Shown piece by piece: positions 9,461 to 18,770 of a stretch of 64,000 nucleotides of DNA. The notes under the pieces were generated by a model. It ran no database searches, had not been told where the DNA came from, and worked only from the letters and a program-made list of their open reading frames with translations. How positions within the stretch are numbered: the first letter of the stretch is position 1; each line of letters opens with the position of its first letter. The stretch comes from a virus: the IMG/VR virus record IMGVR_UViG_3300025646_005482, positions 1 through 64,000 of that record; one strand, written 5' to 3'. A program made the position numbers and the translations under genes.

Positions 9461-9533
9461 TAAGTTATTGATTTTCTTATGAAAAAAAATGTTACTAGTC
9501 GGCATGTACAAACGAAGCCCCGTATAGTAGAAT
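9461..9533 (+). promoter_or_regulatory. early promoter with upstream IHF-like box
   Basis: TGTACA (9505-9510)-17 nt-TAGAAT (9528-9533); TAAGTTATTGATT at 9461-9473 is the reverse complement of WATCAANNNNTTR. Confidence 0.65.
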
Positions 9534-9555
9534 GGGCATGTAATTTGGAGATTGT

Positions 9556-10089
9556 ATGACTACAGTATATACTAAGAAGCTTGTCCCCGTTCAGCGTAAG
9601 TTGGTACGGGATCTGATTCCCTATTGTGTACAAAAACTCATGCCTCGTATCAAAGATATTACGATCACCGTTGAAGGTGTCCAAGATCTTGTTGATAACG
9701 AAGGCATACACGGCGACGTGTTGTATGATTATGTAGATCCGACAGCACGTCCCAAAGAATTTACTATTCGAGTGGATTTAACCGACGATCTGCAAGAATT
9801 CGTACGCGTCATCTGCCACGAAATGGTCCATGTAAAACAGTGGGCCAGAGGCGAGATGTACAGCTACGACCGATACCCCAACTTGACTCGTTGGCACAAG
9901 CAGAAGATTGACCACGACAAGATGGATTACTATGAACAGCCATGGGAAATCGAAGCTCACGGCCGAGAAGAAGGTTTGACTGTCGGTTTCCTTCACGAAC
10001 ATCAAAAGTGGGCAGGATTTGTCTATGGAATTATTGAAGATTATAAAATGCAGCGACCCCAGCAAATGGTACTCAACCCACGTTGGTGA
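9556..10089 (+). CDS. zincin-like metallopeptidase
   Basis: ICHEMVHVKQ (HExxH) and QPWEIEA. Confidence 0.75.
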   Translation: MTTVYTKKLVPVQRKLVRDLIPYCVQKLMPRIKDITITVEGVQDLVDNEGIHGDVLYDYVDPTARPKEFTIRVDLTDDLQEFVRVICHEMVHVKQWARGEMYSYDRYPNLTRWHKQKIDHDKMDYYEQPWEIEAHGREEGLTVGFLHEHQKWAGFVYGIIEDYKMQRPQQMVLNPRW

Positions 10090-10219
10090 GACATTTCCTC
10101 TCTTAGAAGCATTTCCAACAGAATATCTTACACGTCAATCGCCTGATAACCTATATGGTATCAGGTTCTTGAACTATGTGTCAAAAGACGATGCGGTGGT
10201 AGTGAATGAAAAGGACTGA
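10019..10219 (+). CDS. hypothetical protein
   Basis: 66-aa ORF bridging its neighbours with overlaps. Confidence 0.45.
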   Translation: MSMELLKIIKCSDPSKWYSTHVGETFPLLEAFPTEYLTRQSPDNLYGIRFLNYVSKDDAVVVNEKD

Positions 10220-10475
10220 AGACGCAGAGTTGTATTTTGGCAGTGGAGTAATGTCAAAAACCACCGAAGAATGTGGTGAATTGATTCAAGCTATCTCTAA
10301 GTATGCCAATAAAGGTGGCAAACGCAATGAGAATTGTATTTTTGAAGAAGCAGCGGACGTTATTGTTATGATCACTGCTTTAGTTCAATATCTTGAGGTC
10401 GATGAAGATAAATTTATGAAGAGAATTGAAAAAAGCAAAAAGAAATTTAGCAGATACTATGAAGGAGAAACATAG
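10206..10475 (+). CDS. MazG-like nucleotide pyrophosphohydrolase
   Basis: EECGELIQAISK ... EEAADV (ExxE...ExxD). Confidence 0.75.
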   Translation: MKRTEDAELYFGSGVMSKTTEECGELIQAISKYANKGGKRNENCIFEEAADVIVMITALVQYLEVDEDKFMKRIEKSKKKFSRYYEGET

Positions 10476-10792
10476 TGAGTGATGAAGAAGCAGTAGTTGA
10501 AATTGAAGAAGATGATATGGATCCGACCGGTGTATTGTTTACACTCGTTACGGCCGGTGGAGAAATGGTGGGCAGGTTTATACATGAGGATGATGAGATC
10601 ATAGTATTAGAAAATCCTCGTGCATTTGTACAAACAGAAAAAGGTGTAGGTTTTGCGCCGAGTGTATGTTTGACTGGTCGACCAAAACCAGAATCTGTAG
10701 GCTTTTATAAAGCGGGTGTTATTCTTGCAACACCGACTAGTGCTGAAGTAGAAAAGCTATGGATCCAAGCAACAACAGGTTTAGTAGTATGA
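10475..10792 (+). CDS. hypothetical protein (small beta-barrel, conserved in T4-like phages)
   Basis: GGEMVGR...LENPR...ATTGLVV; GGAG SD. Confidence 0.55.
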   Translation: MSDEEAVVEIEEDDMDPTGVLFTLVTAGGEMVGRFIHEDDEIIVLENPRAFVQTEKGVGFAPSVCLTGRPKPESVGFYKAGVILATPTSAEVEKLWIQATTGLVV

Positions 10793-11106
10793 AGGATATT
10801 CCAGTTTTAGTTTGGGCACTTGCCATCGTATTGTTCTGTACTATCTTAGGCAGTACACAAGTAGTAGCGCTAGAAGCAGAAGGAAGTTCGAGTATTAAGG
10901 ATCAATCTCTGTTGAATGCGTATGTCTCTGCTCATTTCAAATGTAATCGTAAAGGGATATGGGCAGATCTTAATACGCTCAAAGTCAAGAACGAATACAC
11001 TAAGCAGTACACAATTCCTGGTGGTACCAAGAAGATTACCGAGTACAGAACGAAAGTAGATTTTAAATGTACAGAAAAATATAAGAGAGTGCCTGATGAA
11101 GGATAA
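10789..11106 (+). CDS. hypothetical exported protein
   Basis: N-terminal hydrophobic signal-like segment. Confidence 0.5.
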   Translation: MKDIPVLVWALAIVLFCTILGSTQVVALEAEGSSSIKDQSLLNAYVSAHFKCNRKGIWADLNTLKVKNEYTKQYTIPGGTKKITEYRTKVDFKCTEKYKRVPDEG

Positions 11107-11668
11107 ACTAATCCTCACAGATTGTGATGGAGTCATGCTCGATTGGATGTATTCATTCGATCAGTGGATGAAGAGGCACGGTTATCGTATTCAACATCCG
11201 GGTGAGTATGACATTGGTAAGAAGTATGAAGTAGGTATGTGCGAGAAGAAGAGACTAACACGCATGTTCAACGAGTCTGCTTCTATCCGTAAGATTCCTC
11301 CTCTTCGAGACGCTATCAAATACATTCGTAAACTACACGAAGAACATGGCTATGTATTCCATGTGATCACATCGTTGAGTGATGACGAGTATGCCCAACA
11401 TCTCAGGACGAAAAATCTTTGTGAGACGTTTGGTCATACAGTCTTTGAGAAGTATGTGTACCTCGACTGCGGTGCAGATAAGGACGAGGCGCTTGCTAAA
11501 TATCAAAACAGTGGTTGTTACTGGATTGAAGACAAGCCAGAGAATGCACACGCAGGATTTGTTGCTGGTTTGAATAGTATACTGATGGCACACGGTCACA
11601 ATGCCAACGAAGAAACATTTACTCGTGTGCAAAATTGGAAAGAGATCTACGAGATTATTGTTGGATGA
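11096..11668 (+). CDS. HAD-superfamily 5'(3')-nucleotidase-like protein
   Basis: LTDCDGVMLDW (DxDG), VITS, WIEDKPEN. Confidence 0.8.
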   Translation: MKDKLILTDCDGVMLDWMYSFDQWMKRHGYRIQHPGEYDIGKKYEVGMCEKKRLTRMFNESASIRKIPPLRDAIKYIRKLHEEHGYVFHVITSLSDDEYAQHLRTKNLCETFGHTVFEKYVYLDCGADKDEALAKYQNSGCYWIEDKPENAHAGFVAGLNSILMAHGHNANEETFTRVQNWKEIYEIIVG

Positions 11669-13188
11669 TAATTGATAATCCTATAATTGATGATTTTTAT
11701 CATGTTCTTTTTAGTGGTAAAAAGGAAGAGATCCGCGGTACACAAATTGAACGTTATTTCAATGATTTTAGGCATGTACGTATAGTTCCATATTATACTA
11801 TCAGAGAAAGGACAAACAATGAGCAAAAACCAATAAATCATTTTGCAACCGCGGTGCAATCATATCAATCGGCATTGCAAGATGGGATTGAGTTAAACAC
11901 TAAAACTTTTACTGATAGTCCCCAACGAGGCACGATAGAATTTTTCTATCGTTGGACCATCAAGATGAATTGGTTGATCAATGACATTCGAAAGAGAGGA
12001 TGTTGTGAACCAATATGGGGTGTAATTCGACCGAATCAAACAAAATTTAATGAAGTAGAATACAGCTATCACGTCCATCCTGGCACTTTTAGAATCAACG
12101 CCTTTGAATTGATGGATCTTAATCAAGATTGTGTAGTCTTCGACGCATTCGAAGTTTTTCATGATTTTCCAAAAGTTTCACTAGCAGATATTTTAAATCT
12201 ATATGATGATCCTGCTGGTACCACTGTCGAAGTCAGTATACTACAACAAGATACTAGCTACATGACTCCTCAAGTATTGAACATGAAATCTAAAGGAATC
12301 AATTGTAGTATGACACCTTCTCTCAAAAAGCATGAGAGGAAAGTACGACACATGTTCAAGCATCCTATTCAAATCTTTATTGGTTATGATAGTCGACATG
12401 GTGATGCTACCAATGTTTGTCACAACTCTATCATCGACAGATTGAATAGACAAACTAGTCTCGATCATGTCAAAATACATCATCTCGATACAAGTAAAAT
12501 TCCTGGTTGGACTAGAGAATATAAGAATCAATCTACTGAATTTTCATACTCTCGTTTTCTAGTACCATATTTGTCTGATTACAAAGGAATCAGTATATTC
12601 GTTGATGACGACTTTATCTTTAGACAAAATCCTCTTGCTCTTGCCTTATATTTGTCTGACGAGCATTCTGTTGCCTGCGTAAAACACAACTTTGAGCACA
12701 AATTTGATACCAAATTCAATAATGAAAAAGATGTATGGTATCCGAAGAAGTTATGGTCGAGTTTGATGGTGTTTAATAATGCCCATGAAGATTGTAAAAA
12801 ATTGACACTCGAAACTGTACAAGAACAAACAGGAAAATACTTGCATCAATTCGAATGGACTGATGAAGGCAAAATAGCAGATCTACCGAAGAAATGGAAT
12901 TGGTGTGAAGGCTATGATTATGTGATGGACGCGCATCAAAGCCACGCTTTGCATTGGACAAGAGGAGGACCGTGGGTAAAAGGTATGGATACCAGGCATA
13001 TTGCCTGTCTTGAACTCTATGACTATCATCGATATAGATCAGTACGTGGTACAGAAAAAGAGTTTACATATGAAGCAAAACAGGTTAGTATGTTAGATAT
13101 AAGAGAATATTATGACATCGAGAATCCAATCGATATTGCTGAAGACGGAACTCGAATATGTCAAGAAATAAATAGAGATGTTCGTTGA
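11665..13188 (+). CDS. two-domain protein: N-terminal unknown (ParB/Srx-like?) domain plus C-terminal GT-A glycosyltransferase
   Basis: C-terminal IFIGYDSR, STEFSYSRFLVPYL, FVDDDF, YPKKLWSSLMVFN, HWTRGGPW. Confidence 0.7.
   Translation: MIIDNPIIDDFYHVLFSGKKEEIRGTQIERYFNDFRHVRIVPYYTIRERTNNEQKPINHFATAVQSYQSALQDGIELNTKTFTDSPQRGTIEFFYRWTIKMNWLINDIRKRGCCEPIWGVIRPNQTKFNEVEYSYHVHPGTFRINAFELMDLNQDCVVFDAFEVFHDFPKVSLADILNLYDDPAGTTVEVSILQQDTSYMTPQVLNMKSKGINCSMTPSLKKHERKVRHMFKHPIQIFIGYDSRHGDATNVCHNSIIDRLNRQTSLDHVKIHHLDTSKIPGWTREYKNQSTEFSYSRFLVPYLSDYKGISIFVDDDFIFRQNPLALALYLSDEHSVACVKHNFEHKFDTKFNNEKDVWYPKKLWSSLMVFNNAHEDCKKLTLETVQEQTGKYLHQFEWTDEGKIADLPKKWNWCEGYDYVMDAHQSHALHWTRGGPWVKGMDTRHIACLELYDYHRYRSVRGTEKEFTYEAKQVSMLDIREYYDIENPIDIAEDGTRICQEINRDVR
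13167..13174 (+). promoter_or_regulatory. T4-type late promoter for the tmRNA
   Basis: AATAAATA (variant of TATAAATA) immediately upstream of the acceptor piece. Confidence 0.5.
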
Positions 13189-13441
13189 AGTTTGTATTAA
13201 GAAGTTTGGACGCGGGTTCGACTCCCGCCGCCTCCACCAATTTTGCGGTACCCAGTTTCGGGGGCGTTATGGATTCGACAGGCAACTGAAAGCAAATGGA
13301 GAACCGTCCATGAACGCTGACGTAAAACGGTGGTTCAAAACTATAACTGCCAATGATGACAGTTACTACGGTGATTACGCACTAGCTGCATGATCCCGCG
13401 GGGCGGCCACTGCCTTGTTATCCAAGTGTGGCATTTTTTTT
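13180..13441 (+). ncRNA. ssrA: circularly permuted (two-piece) tmRNA; tag (A)ANDDSYYGDYALAA
   Basis: Acceptor piece ends GGACGCGGGTTCGACTCCCGCCGCCTCCACCA (13208-13239), followed by a 20-nt spacer. The coding piece starts GGGGGCGTTATGGATTCGAC at 13260. The acceptor stem GGGGGCG/CGCCTCC has the G3.U70 pair. The tag ORF runs 13349-13393 after an ATAACT resume motif. Confidence 0.92.
13406..13441 (+). terminator. rho-independent terminator closing the tmRNA coding piece
   Basis: GCCAC..CTTG-TTATC-CAAG.GTGGC stem followed by a T8 run. Confidence 0.65.
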
Positions 13442-13466
13442 GCTATGAAAAAGCAAGGAGGAGTTT

Positions 13467-13955
13467 ATGTATAAGCTATTACTTGTTGTAATGTGTATGA
13501 TATGGTCAGAAGCTGCTGCTTCCGACGAGTGGATGCAAGATGAAATCCAATGTCTTGCGAAGAACATCTACTTTGAGGCGAGAGGAGAATCTCTGACCGG
13601 TAAAATTGCGGTCGCCAATGTCACGATGAATCGTGTGAAACACCATAAGTATCCTAGTACGGTTTGTGGTGTAGTGACTCAAGCTAAATGGTATGTCAAT
13701 TGGAAAGGCAATCGTTTACCTAAACGAAATCAGTGTCAGTTCAGCTGGTTTTGTGATGGTAATCCTGACGAGCCGGTTGACATGCGAGCATATCGAGACA
13801 GTTTACGTGTAGCAGAAATTGTGTATAATGGGTATAAAGATCTGACAAATGGATCTTTGTTTTACCATAATACGAAAGTAGAACCATATTGGGTCGCTTC
13901 GATGGTTAGAACTAAGAGCATTGGTGCTCACGTATTTTATAGGTATGATAGATGA
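13467..13955 (+). CDS. cell wall hydrolase, SleB / Hydrolase_2 family
   Basis: CLAKNIYFEARGE, AVANVTMNRV, CQFSWFCDG, IGAHVFY; signal peptide. Confidence 0.9.
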   Translation: MYKLLLVVMCMIWSEAAASDEWMQDEIQCLAKNIYFEARGESLTGKIAVANVTMNRVKHHKYPSTVCGVVTQAKWYVNWKGNRLPKRNQCQFSWFCDGNPDEPVDMRAYRDSLRVAEIVYNGYKDLTNGSLFYHNTKVEPYWVASMVRTKSIGAHVFYRYDR

Positions 13956-15619
13956 AATTTTATAGCTGCTTTCCAACAAGAACTCTCATGTTGGCGATAG
14001 TAGTCGGTGCAATCTTATTACTCGCTGCCTGTGGTGGTGGCGGTGGTTCAGGTTCACCAGACATTCCCGCAAATCCAGCACAAGGCACAGTCCTTTCATC
14101 TACATGTAGCGGCTACACGCTGGTCGAACAAGTTGCAGACGGCAACGGTGGTCAGAACGAAAGACGTACAGAAAACTCATCTCAGTGTGGATATACCGGT
14201 CCACCTCCCGCAGGCACATTTCTCGATGAATATTGTGATGGTTATACTCTCGTCACTGTTACCGCAGATGGTAATGGAGGTGAAGAGTATGATTACGATG
14301 AAAACAACGAAGAGGTTTGTGGTTATATTCCTCCACAATTTACACCAGCTGGCACACCACTAGGCGATCCCTATTGCGCTAGATCTCTGGCCGAAGATAG
14401 GTTCAGACAACTATGGGATTCTATCAGACATTTTCTTGGTGATGATCTTCTGCAAGATTATGCAGACGGTGAAGGTGGACAATATACAGAACGTGTACAA
14501 CATATCGCCGAAGAATGTTGGGTTCAAATGGAACCACCTGAAGATTGTCCTACGGTCGCGTCATCTACAGGTGATTCTCGATACGAGTTTTACACATGTG
14601 ATGGTATCAAACAGCTGACCGATATCAGTTTTCCGTATGATCCCGATAATTGGGATCTTGCCATCGTAGACATGTTCATCATCTTCGATACTGCACTCGA
14701 TAACGAAGAAGATCTTGATGGTATGACCGTACAAGATTTTATTCTAAAACAATTATGGGAAGCAAATCATTACTTCGCAGCATCAGGTGTATCAGTCAGA
14801 GTTAGATTAGCAGGATATAAAGAAGTCGCCGTAGCATCAGGAGACTTGTATAGACAGTACAATGCATTCTTCAGAGACCGATATGAATTTCAAGGAGTCA
14901 CATCGGCGCAACGACAAGCTAATGCTGACCTGATGTTCTTGTTCAAGAAAAGACCAGATAATCCCATTGCGTGTGGTGTTGCACAGTTAGACGGTACTCG
15001 TGGCGTCACTTACACGAGAGGAATCATACAATGTTTCCATAACAGTGTGTTCCAAGAAAATGCACAAACACGTTACTATGAACGAGCACAAGAAACATTC
15101 GTTCATGAGATTGGCCACCTGTTTGGTTTACAACATGAATGGAAAGATGCATCAAGCACTGGATTATTCGAACACTCGTATGGTTATAACTTGCCCGGAT
15201 ATAACCCACGAAAAGACGATCCAGCATATGAGGGTGTATGGAGCGGATACGGTACCATCATGAGTTATGCTGATCTAGCGACTGGTCGTTTCTCTGATCC
15301 TGACGTCACGTGTTATTTTCCGGAAGAAGCAGGAGAATATGCAGGTCAAGCAGTTGTCATGGGAACAAATGGTGGATGTTTCTGCTTGGATCCAGTAGAA
15401 GAACAACCACCGCCCACAGATTCTCATCAGCACCTACAGAGAGTGAGATATATAATTAGTCAGCTGAGTGAATTAGAGCATGATGTTGGATCAGTTTACG
15501 GTACTGCACCAGCATTTTGGAATACACAGCCTATTTTTGAAGAGGATCTTGGTGATCTATCGAACATCGAGATGATTAAACGAGAAATGGACAGAAACCA
15601 AAACATCTGCTTATTTTGA
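13952..15619 (+). CDS. lipoprotein with Cys-rich repeats and a reprolysin/M12B-like zinc metallopeptidase domain
   Basis: Lipobox LLLAAC-GGGGGSG; repeated GTxL..C.GYTLV...ADGNGG...CGY units; HEIGHLFGLQH (HExxHxxGxxH) and Met-turn TIMSY. Confidence 0.8.
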   Translation: MKFYSCFPTRTLMLAIVVGAILLLAACGGGGGSGSPDIPANPAQGTVLSSTCSGYTLVEQVADGNGGQNERRTENSSQCGYTGPPPAGTFLDEYCDGYTLVTVTADGNGGEEYDYDENNEEVCGYIPPQFTPAGTPLGDPYCARSLAEDRFRQLWDSIRHFLGDDLLQDYADGEGGQYTERVQHIAEECWVQMEPPEDCPTVASSTGDSRYEFYTCDGIKQLTDISFPYDPDNWDLAIVDMFIIFDTALDNEEDLDGMTVQDFILKQLWEANHYFAASGVSVRVRLAGYKEVAVASGDLYRQYNAFFRDRYEFQGVTSAQRQANADLMFLFKKRPDNPIACGVAQLDGTRGVTYTRGIIQCFHNSVFQENAQTRYYERAQETFVHEIGHLFGLQHEWKDASSTGLFEHSYGYNLPGYNPRKDDPAYEGVWSGYGTIMSYADLATGRFSDPDVTCYFPEEAGEYAGQAVVMGTNGGCFCLDPVEEQPPPTDSHQHLQRVRYIISQLSELEHDVGSVYGTAPAFWNTQPIFEEDLGDLSNIEMIKREMDRNQNICLF

Positions 15620-15783
15620 AACACTTAGAAGAAAACGGGATGACGTACTTTGGCCACCTCAGACGAGCGTGGTCGTTGTCGTTCGTCTTATTCATACATG
15701 GATTGTTTCCTGAAATATGGAAAACAAAAGCGACGGATATATTATTAGATGAAAAAGAGAAACTACACAGCAGAGACAGTTAG
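15616..15783 (+). CDS. small DUF6356-like protein
   Basis: Read manually: [42 protein letters not shown]... (TTG start). Confidence 0.5.
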   Translation: MKHLEENGMTYFGHLRRAWSLSFVLFIHGLFPEIWKTKATDILLDEKEKLHSRDS

Positions 15784-16990
15784 ATCTCTACAAGGTTCTG
15801 TACAAATTGAACACACGCTTGCAAAAATGGGGGCAAGCAAGCTGCGTAAACTCTTTGAAGAACACGATTACATTAACACGTTTGGAGCATACAACGGTCA
15901 ACAAGCTATTCAACATGTTAAAGCAGGGTTGCATGCGATTTATTTGTCTGGATGGCAAGTTGCAGCATCTCAGAACTCAGCTGGTGAGGTATACCCTGAT
16001 CAGAGCCTTTATCCTGTTAACAGTGTGCCTGATGTTGTTCGTAACATTAACAATGCCTTCAGACGACAAGATCAAATCGAATACGCCGAATCGGGAACCG
16101 GGTTTCCCTTCGCACCGATTATAGCAGACGCAGAAGCAGGATTTGGAGGAGTCTTAAATGCTTACGAATTGGCACGAAATCTTATTGAGGCAGGCGCAGC
16201 GGCCGTCCACTTCGAAGACCAACTCTCCTCAGCCAAAAAGTGTGGACACCTCGGAGGAAAAGTCCTCATCCCCACCGACCAAGCTATTCGTAACCTCAAC
16301 GCTGCTCGGCTTGCTGCTGATGTGGCTGATACTGATACTGTTATCATTGCGCGAACCGACGCAGAATCGGCTAAACTCATGGTCTCTGACCAACATGTCA
16401 TCGACAAAAAATACGTTAAGTATTACGGAGGTCAGGGAGGAGCCAAGATCAGAGGAAAAACATCAGACGGATTCTACGAAATCGAGGAAGGTCGAGGACT
16501 AGAATTTGGTTGTGAACGTGGCGCAGCGTATGCTGAATACGCCGACCTCGTATGGTGTGAAACTTCCAAACCATGTCTCAAAGAAGCAAAGCGATTCTCT
16601 GACGCTGTGAGAGGGTCAGTTCCTGATGCGATGCTTGCATACAACTGTTCACCATCTTTCAACTGGCGCAAGTCCATTCCTGGTGATGCAGAACTACGAG
16701 ACTTCCAATATGAACTCGGTAAGATGGGATTCAAATTCCAATTCATTACTCTTGCTGGTTTCCATGCAACGAATCATGCTATCTTCCAATTCGCAAGGTC
16801 TTATAAGAAAATGGGCATGTTGGCATATAGCTACTTGCAAGAAGAAGAGTTTGCAGCTGAAGAGTTTGGATACACAAGCACTAAACATCAACGCGAAGTT
16901 GGCGTAGGTTACTTCGATCGAATTGCAACAGCATTGGGTTCGTCATCTACAGCCGCTATGAAAGGATCAACCGAGGAGGAACAATTTTGA
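15749..16990 (+). CDS. aceA: isocitrate lyase
   Basis: [83 protein letters not shown]. Confidence 0.97.
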   Translation: MKKRNYTAETVRSLQGSVQIEHTLAKMGASKLRKLFEEHDYINTFGAYNGQQAIQHVKAGLHAIYLSGWQVAASQNSAGEVYPDQSLYPVNSVPDVVRNINNAFRRQDQIEYAESGTGFPFAPIIADAEAGFGGVLNAYELARNLIEAGAAAVHFEDQLSSAKKCGHLGGKVLIPTDQAIRNLNAARLAADVADTDTVIIARTDAESAKLMVSDQHVIDKKYVKYYGGQGGAKIRGKTSDGFYEIEEGRGLEFGCERGAAYAEYADLVWCETSKPCLKEAKRFSDAVRGSVPDAMLAYNCSPSFNWRKSIPGDAELRDFQYELGKMGFKFQFITLAGFHATNHAIFQFARSYKKMGMLAYSYLQEEEFAAEEFGYTSTKHQREVGVGYFDRIATALGSSSTAAMKGSTEEEQF

Positions 16991-17111
16991 TTCGTATTGT
17001 ACTTTTATCTCTACTTTTGGTAGGATGTGAAACGATAGAAATTACTGACGTCGATTGCGATGTAAATCAGAATTGGCCTCGTTGCAGAGTGCAGGCTGAA
17101 AAGGTAGAATA

Positions 17112-17897
17112 ATGGCAGATATAAGTGAAAATTTTAGAGTATTGACTCCATTCCCTAAACTAGTGGGCGAATATAGATTAAAATTTTCTGATGAGGAAGA
17201 AAAGACTATTGCAAAATGGACAGATGATGACTTCATTAGAACTAATAGTCTGAAGGCAGATGGCGGCCAAAACCTGGCAATGGTAGCTGATCCATATTCG
17301 AATCCAGAAATCAGAAAAAATCATGAAGTTTTCGATGATGATTTCTTAATTTGTTATGTAGGCATGAATCTCTTACAACAAGAAGAATGGGCTAGTATTG
17401 GAAGGGCTGTTGAAGAAGTAGCTCGTCATCATGTAATAGACACTTTAGGGTATAGCATTCCACCAGATTGTCACATGGGTGTATGTGATTCGTGGATGAT
17501 TAGAACAATAAACACCAATTCATATCCACAGCCGCTTCATCGAAAACACAATCACTCCTTTGCTTGGTTAACTGGAGTTTTGTATCTAGACGACAGTGAA
17601 AATGGCACGGCATTGGTGCGGTCCGACGCATTTGGCACCGAATATTTGCCATTCACTTGGGTAACTACTGAAAATGAATACAACACAGATCAGTATCTCA
17701 TTAAAGCAGAGAAGGGTAAAATAGTAATTTTTCCAGCTGGTATGCATCATATGATAATGAATAATGCAGATGGTACTAAACGACACACCGTGCCATTTAA
17801 CATCTTTCCATTTGGCAATGTTAACAATACTAACGCAGCTAGACTACAATATGATGGTCCACTCAACTTAACAGTAGATAGTGTAACAAGACAATGA
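17112..17897 (+). CDS. 2OG-Fe(II) oxygenase (TIGR02466-like)
   Basis: HNHS..LTGVLY, IVIFPAGMHH, R.TVPFN. Confidence 0.75.
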   Translation: MADISENFRVLTPFPKLVGEYRLKFSDEEEKTIAKWTDDDFIRTNSLKADGGQNLAMVADPYSNPEIRKNHEVFDDDFLICYVGMNLLQQEEWASIGRAVEEVARHHVIDTLGYSIPPDCHMGVCDSWMIRTINTNSYPQPLHRKHNHSFAWLTGVLYLDDSENGTALVRSDAFGTEYLPFTWVTTENEYNTDQYLIKAEKGKIVIFPAGMHHMIMNNADGTKRHTVPFNIFPFGNVNNTNAARLQYDGPLNLTVDSVTRQ

Positions 17898-18106
17898 ATT
17901 GGTTTAATAGTATCATCAAACAACTCGAAAAACCAGTTGAACAAAATCCTGTTGATAAGGCTATCGTAGAAAAATTACCTCATGATGGTGAGGTAACAAA
18001 AGTATATGAAGCGAGATGGGTTTGGTATCACACTATTCTAGCTGCAGAAATATTTTTGACAAATATTTTACTGTTAGCTATTCTTGTTACGATAGCATTG
18101 AAGTAG
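17894..18106 (+). CDS. small membrane protein
   Basis: C-terminal hydrophobic helix; operonic overlap. Confidence 0.55.
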   Translation: MNWFNSIIKQLEKPVEQNPVDKAIVEKLPHDGEVTKVYEARWVWYHTILAAEIFLTNILLLAILVTIALK

Positions 18107-18113
18107 GAATATT

Positions 18114-18296
18114 ATGAGTTCACAGTGGCATGGGGGCAAAGGGTCGGCTCGACGACCTGCATCAATTGATCGAGCAAAGTGGGAAGAAAACTATCATCGC
18201 ATCTTTGGTTATAAAGGCAAAAAGAAGTGCGAAGAATGTGGAGAAGTGCTTCCTCTACATACCAATCGTTGTCTAATCAAACCAAAGGAGATATGA
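18114..18296 (+). CDS. small conserved phage protein
   Basis: WHGGKGSARRP...ENYHRIFG; AGGA SD. Confidence 0.55.
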   Translation: MSSQWHGGKGSARRPASIDRAKWEENYHRIFGYKGKKKCEECGEVLPLHTNRCLIKPKEI

Positions 18297-18389
18297 TATG
18301 GAAGCTTTAGCTTTTTGGTTCCTGTTCCTGACCCTCGCAGGCATGGGCGTCGTACTATATGATAATTTTGTGAAATAATTACATAAGCA

Positions 18390-18417
18390 TGTACATATCC
18401 GGCCCATTTGGTAGAAT
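18390..18417 (+). promoter_or_regulatory. early promoter
   Basis: TGTACA-16 nt-TAGAAT; spacer nearly identical to that at 38806-38833. Confidence 0.6.
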
Positions 18418-18442
18418 GGGCCTTTGTTATGGAGATATGCAC

Positions 18443-18763
18443 ATGGGTATGATGTTCACTAATAGTCTCAGATATGACATGCAAGGCCGTAAGCGCAAGG
18501 CTCGTAAGGCCCGAGGCGAAGTATTCAAGAAGTATACCCCACCAGCATTCCAACCTCTCCAATCATCCAGTGGTCCTGTCAGACGCGATGAAGGTATAGT
18601 TTACAAGTCTTTAGACGATCACGGTCCTATAGCCCACGCACGTCCTGAAGCTCCCAGATACACAGGCACACTGGTCAAAGGTATCGCTACGATGCACAAG
18701 TCCAATGCTGTCCCTGTCATCGACCAGGAGCAAGCTACCGACATCTCTAGTATGAGACGGTAA
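18443..18763 (+). CDS. conserved T4-like hypothetical protein
   Basis: YTGTLVKGIATMHKSNAVPV...ISSMRR. Confidence 0.7.
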   Translation: MGMMFTNSLRYDMQGRKRKARKARGEVFKKYTPPAFQPLQSSSGPVRRDEGIVYKSLDDHGPIAHARPEAPRYTGTLVKGIATMHKSNAVPVIDQEQATDISSMRR

Positions 18764-18770
18764 TAAGAAT

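Noticed and set aside
13208-13239. Apparent tRNA 3' half (TTCGA...CCA)
   Set aside because: There is no upstream D-arm or anticodon arm, and its acceptor-stem partner lies downstream, so it is the acceptor piece of a permuted tmRNA. No true tRNA genes were seen in the window.
13178-13393. 71-aa ORF ending YALAA
   Set aside because: It is the tmRNA read in the tag frame; only 13349-13393 is translated, by trans-translation.
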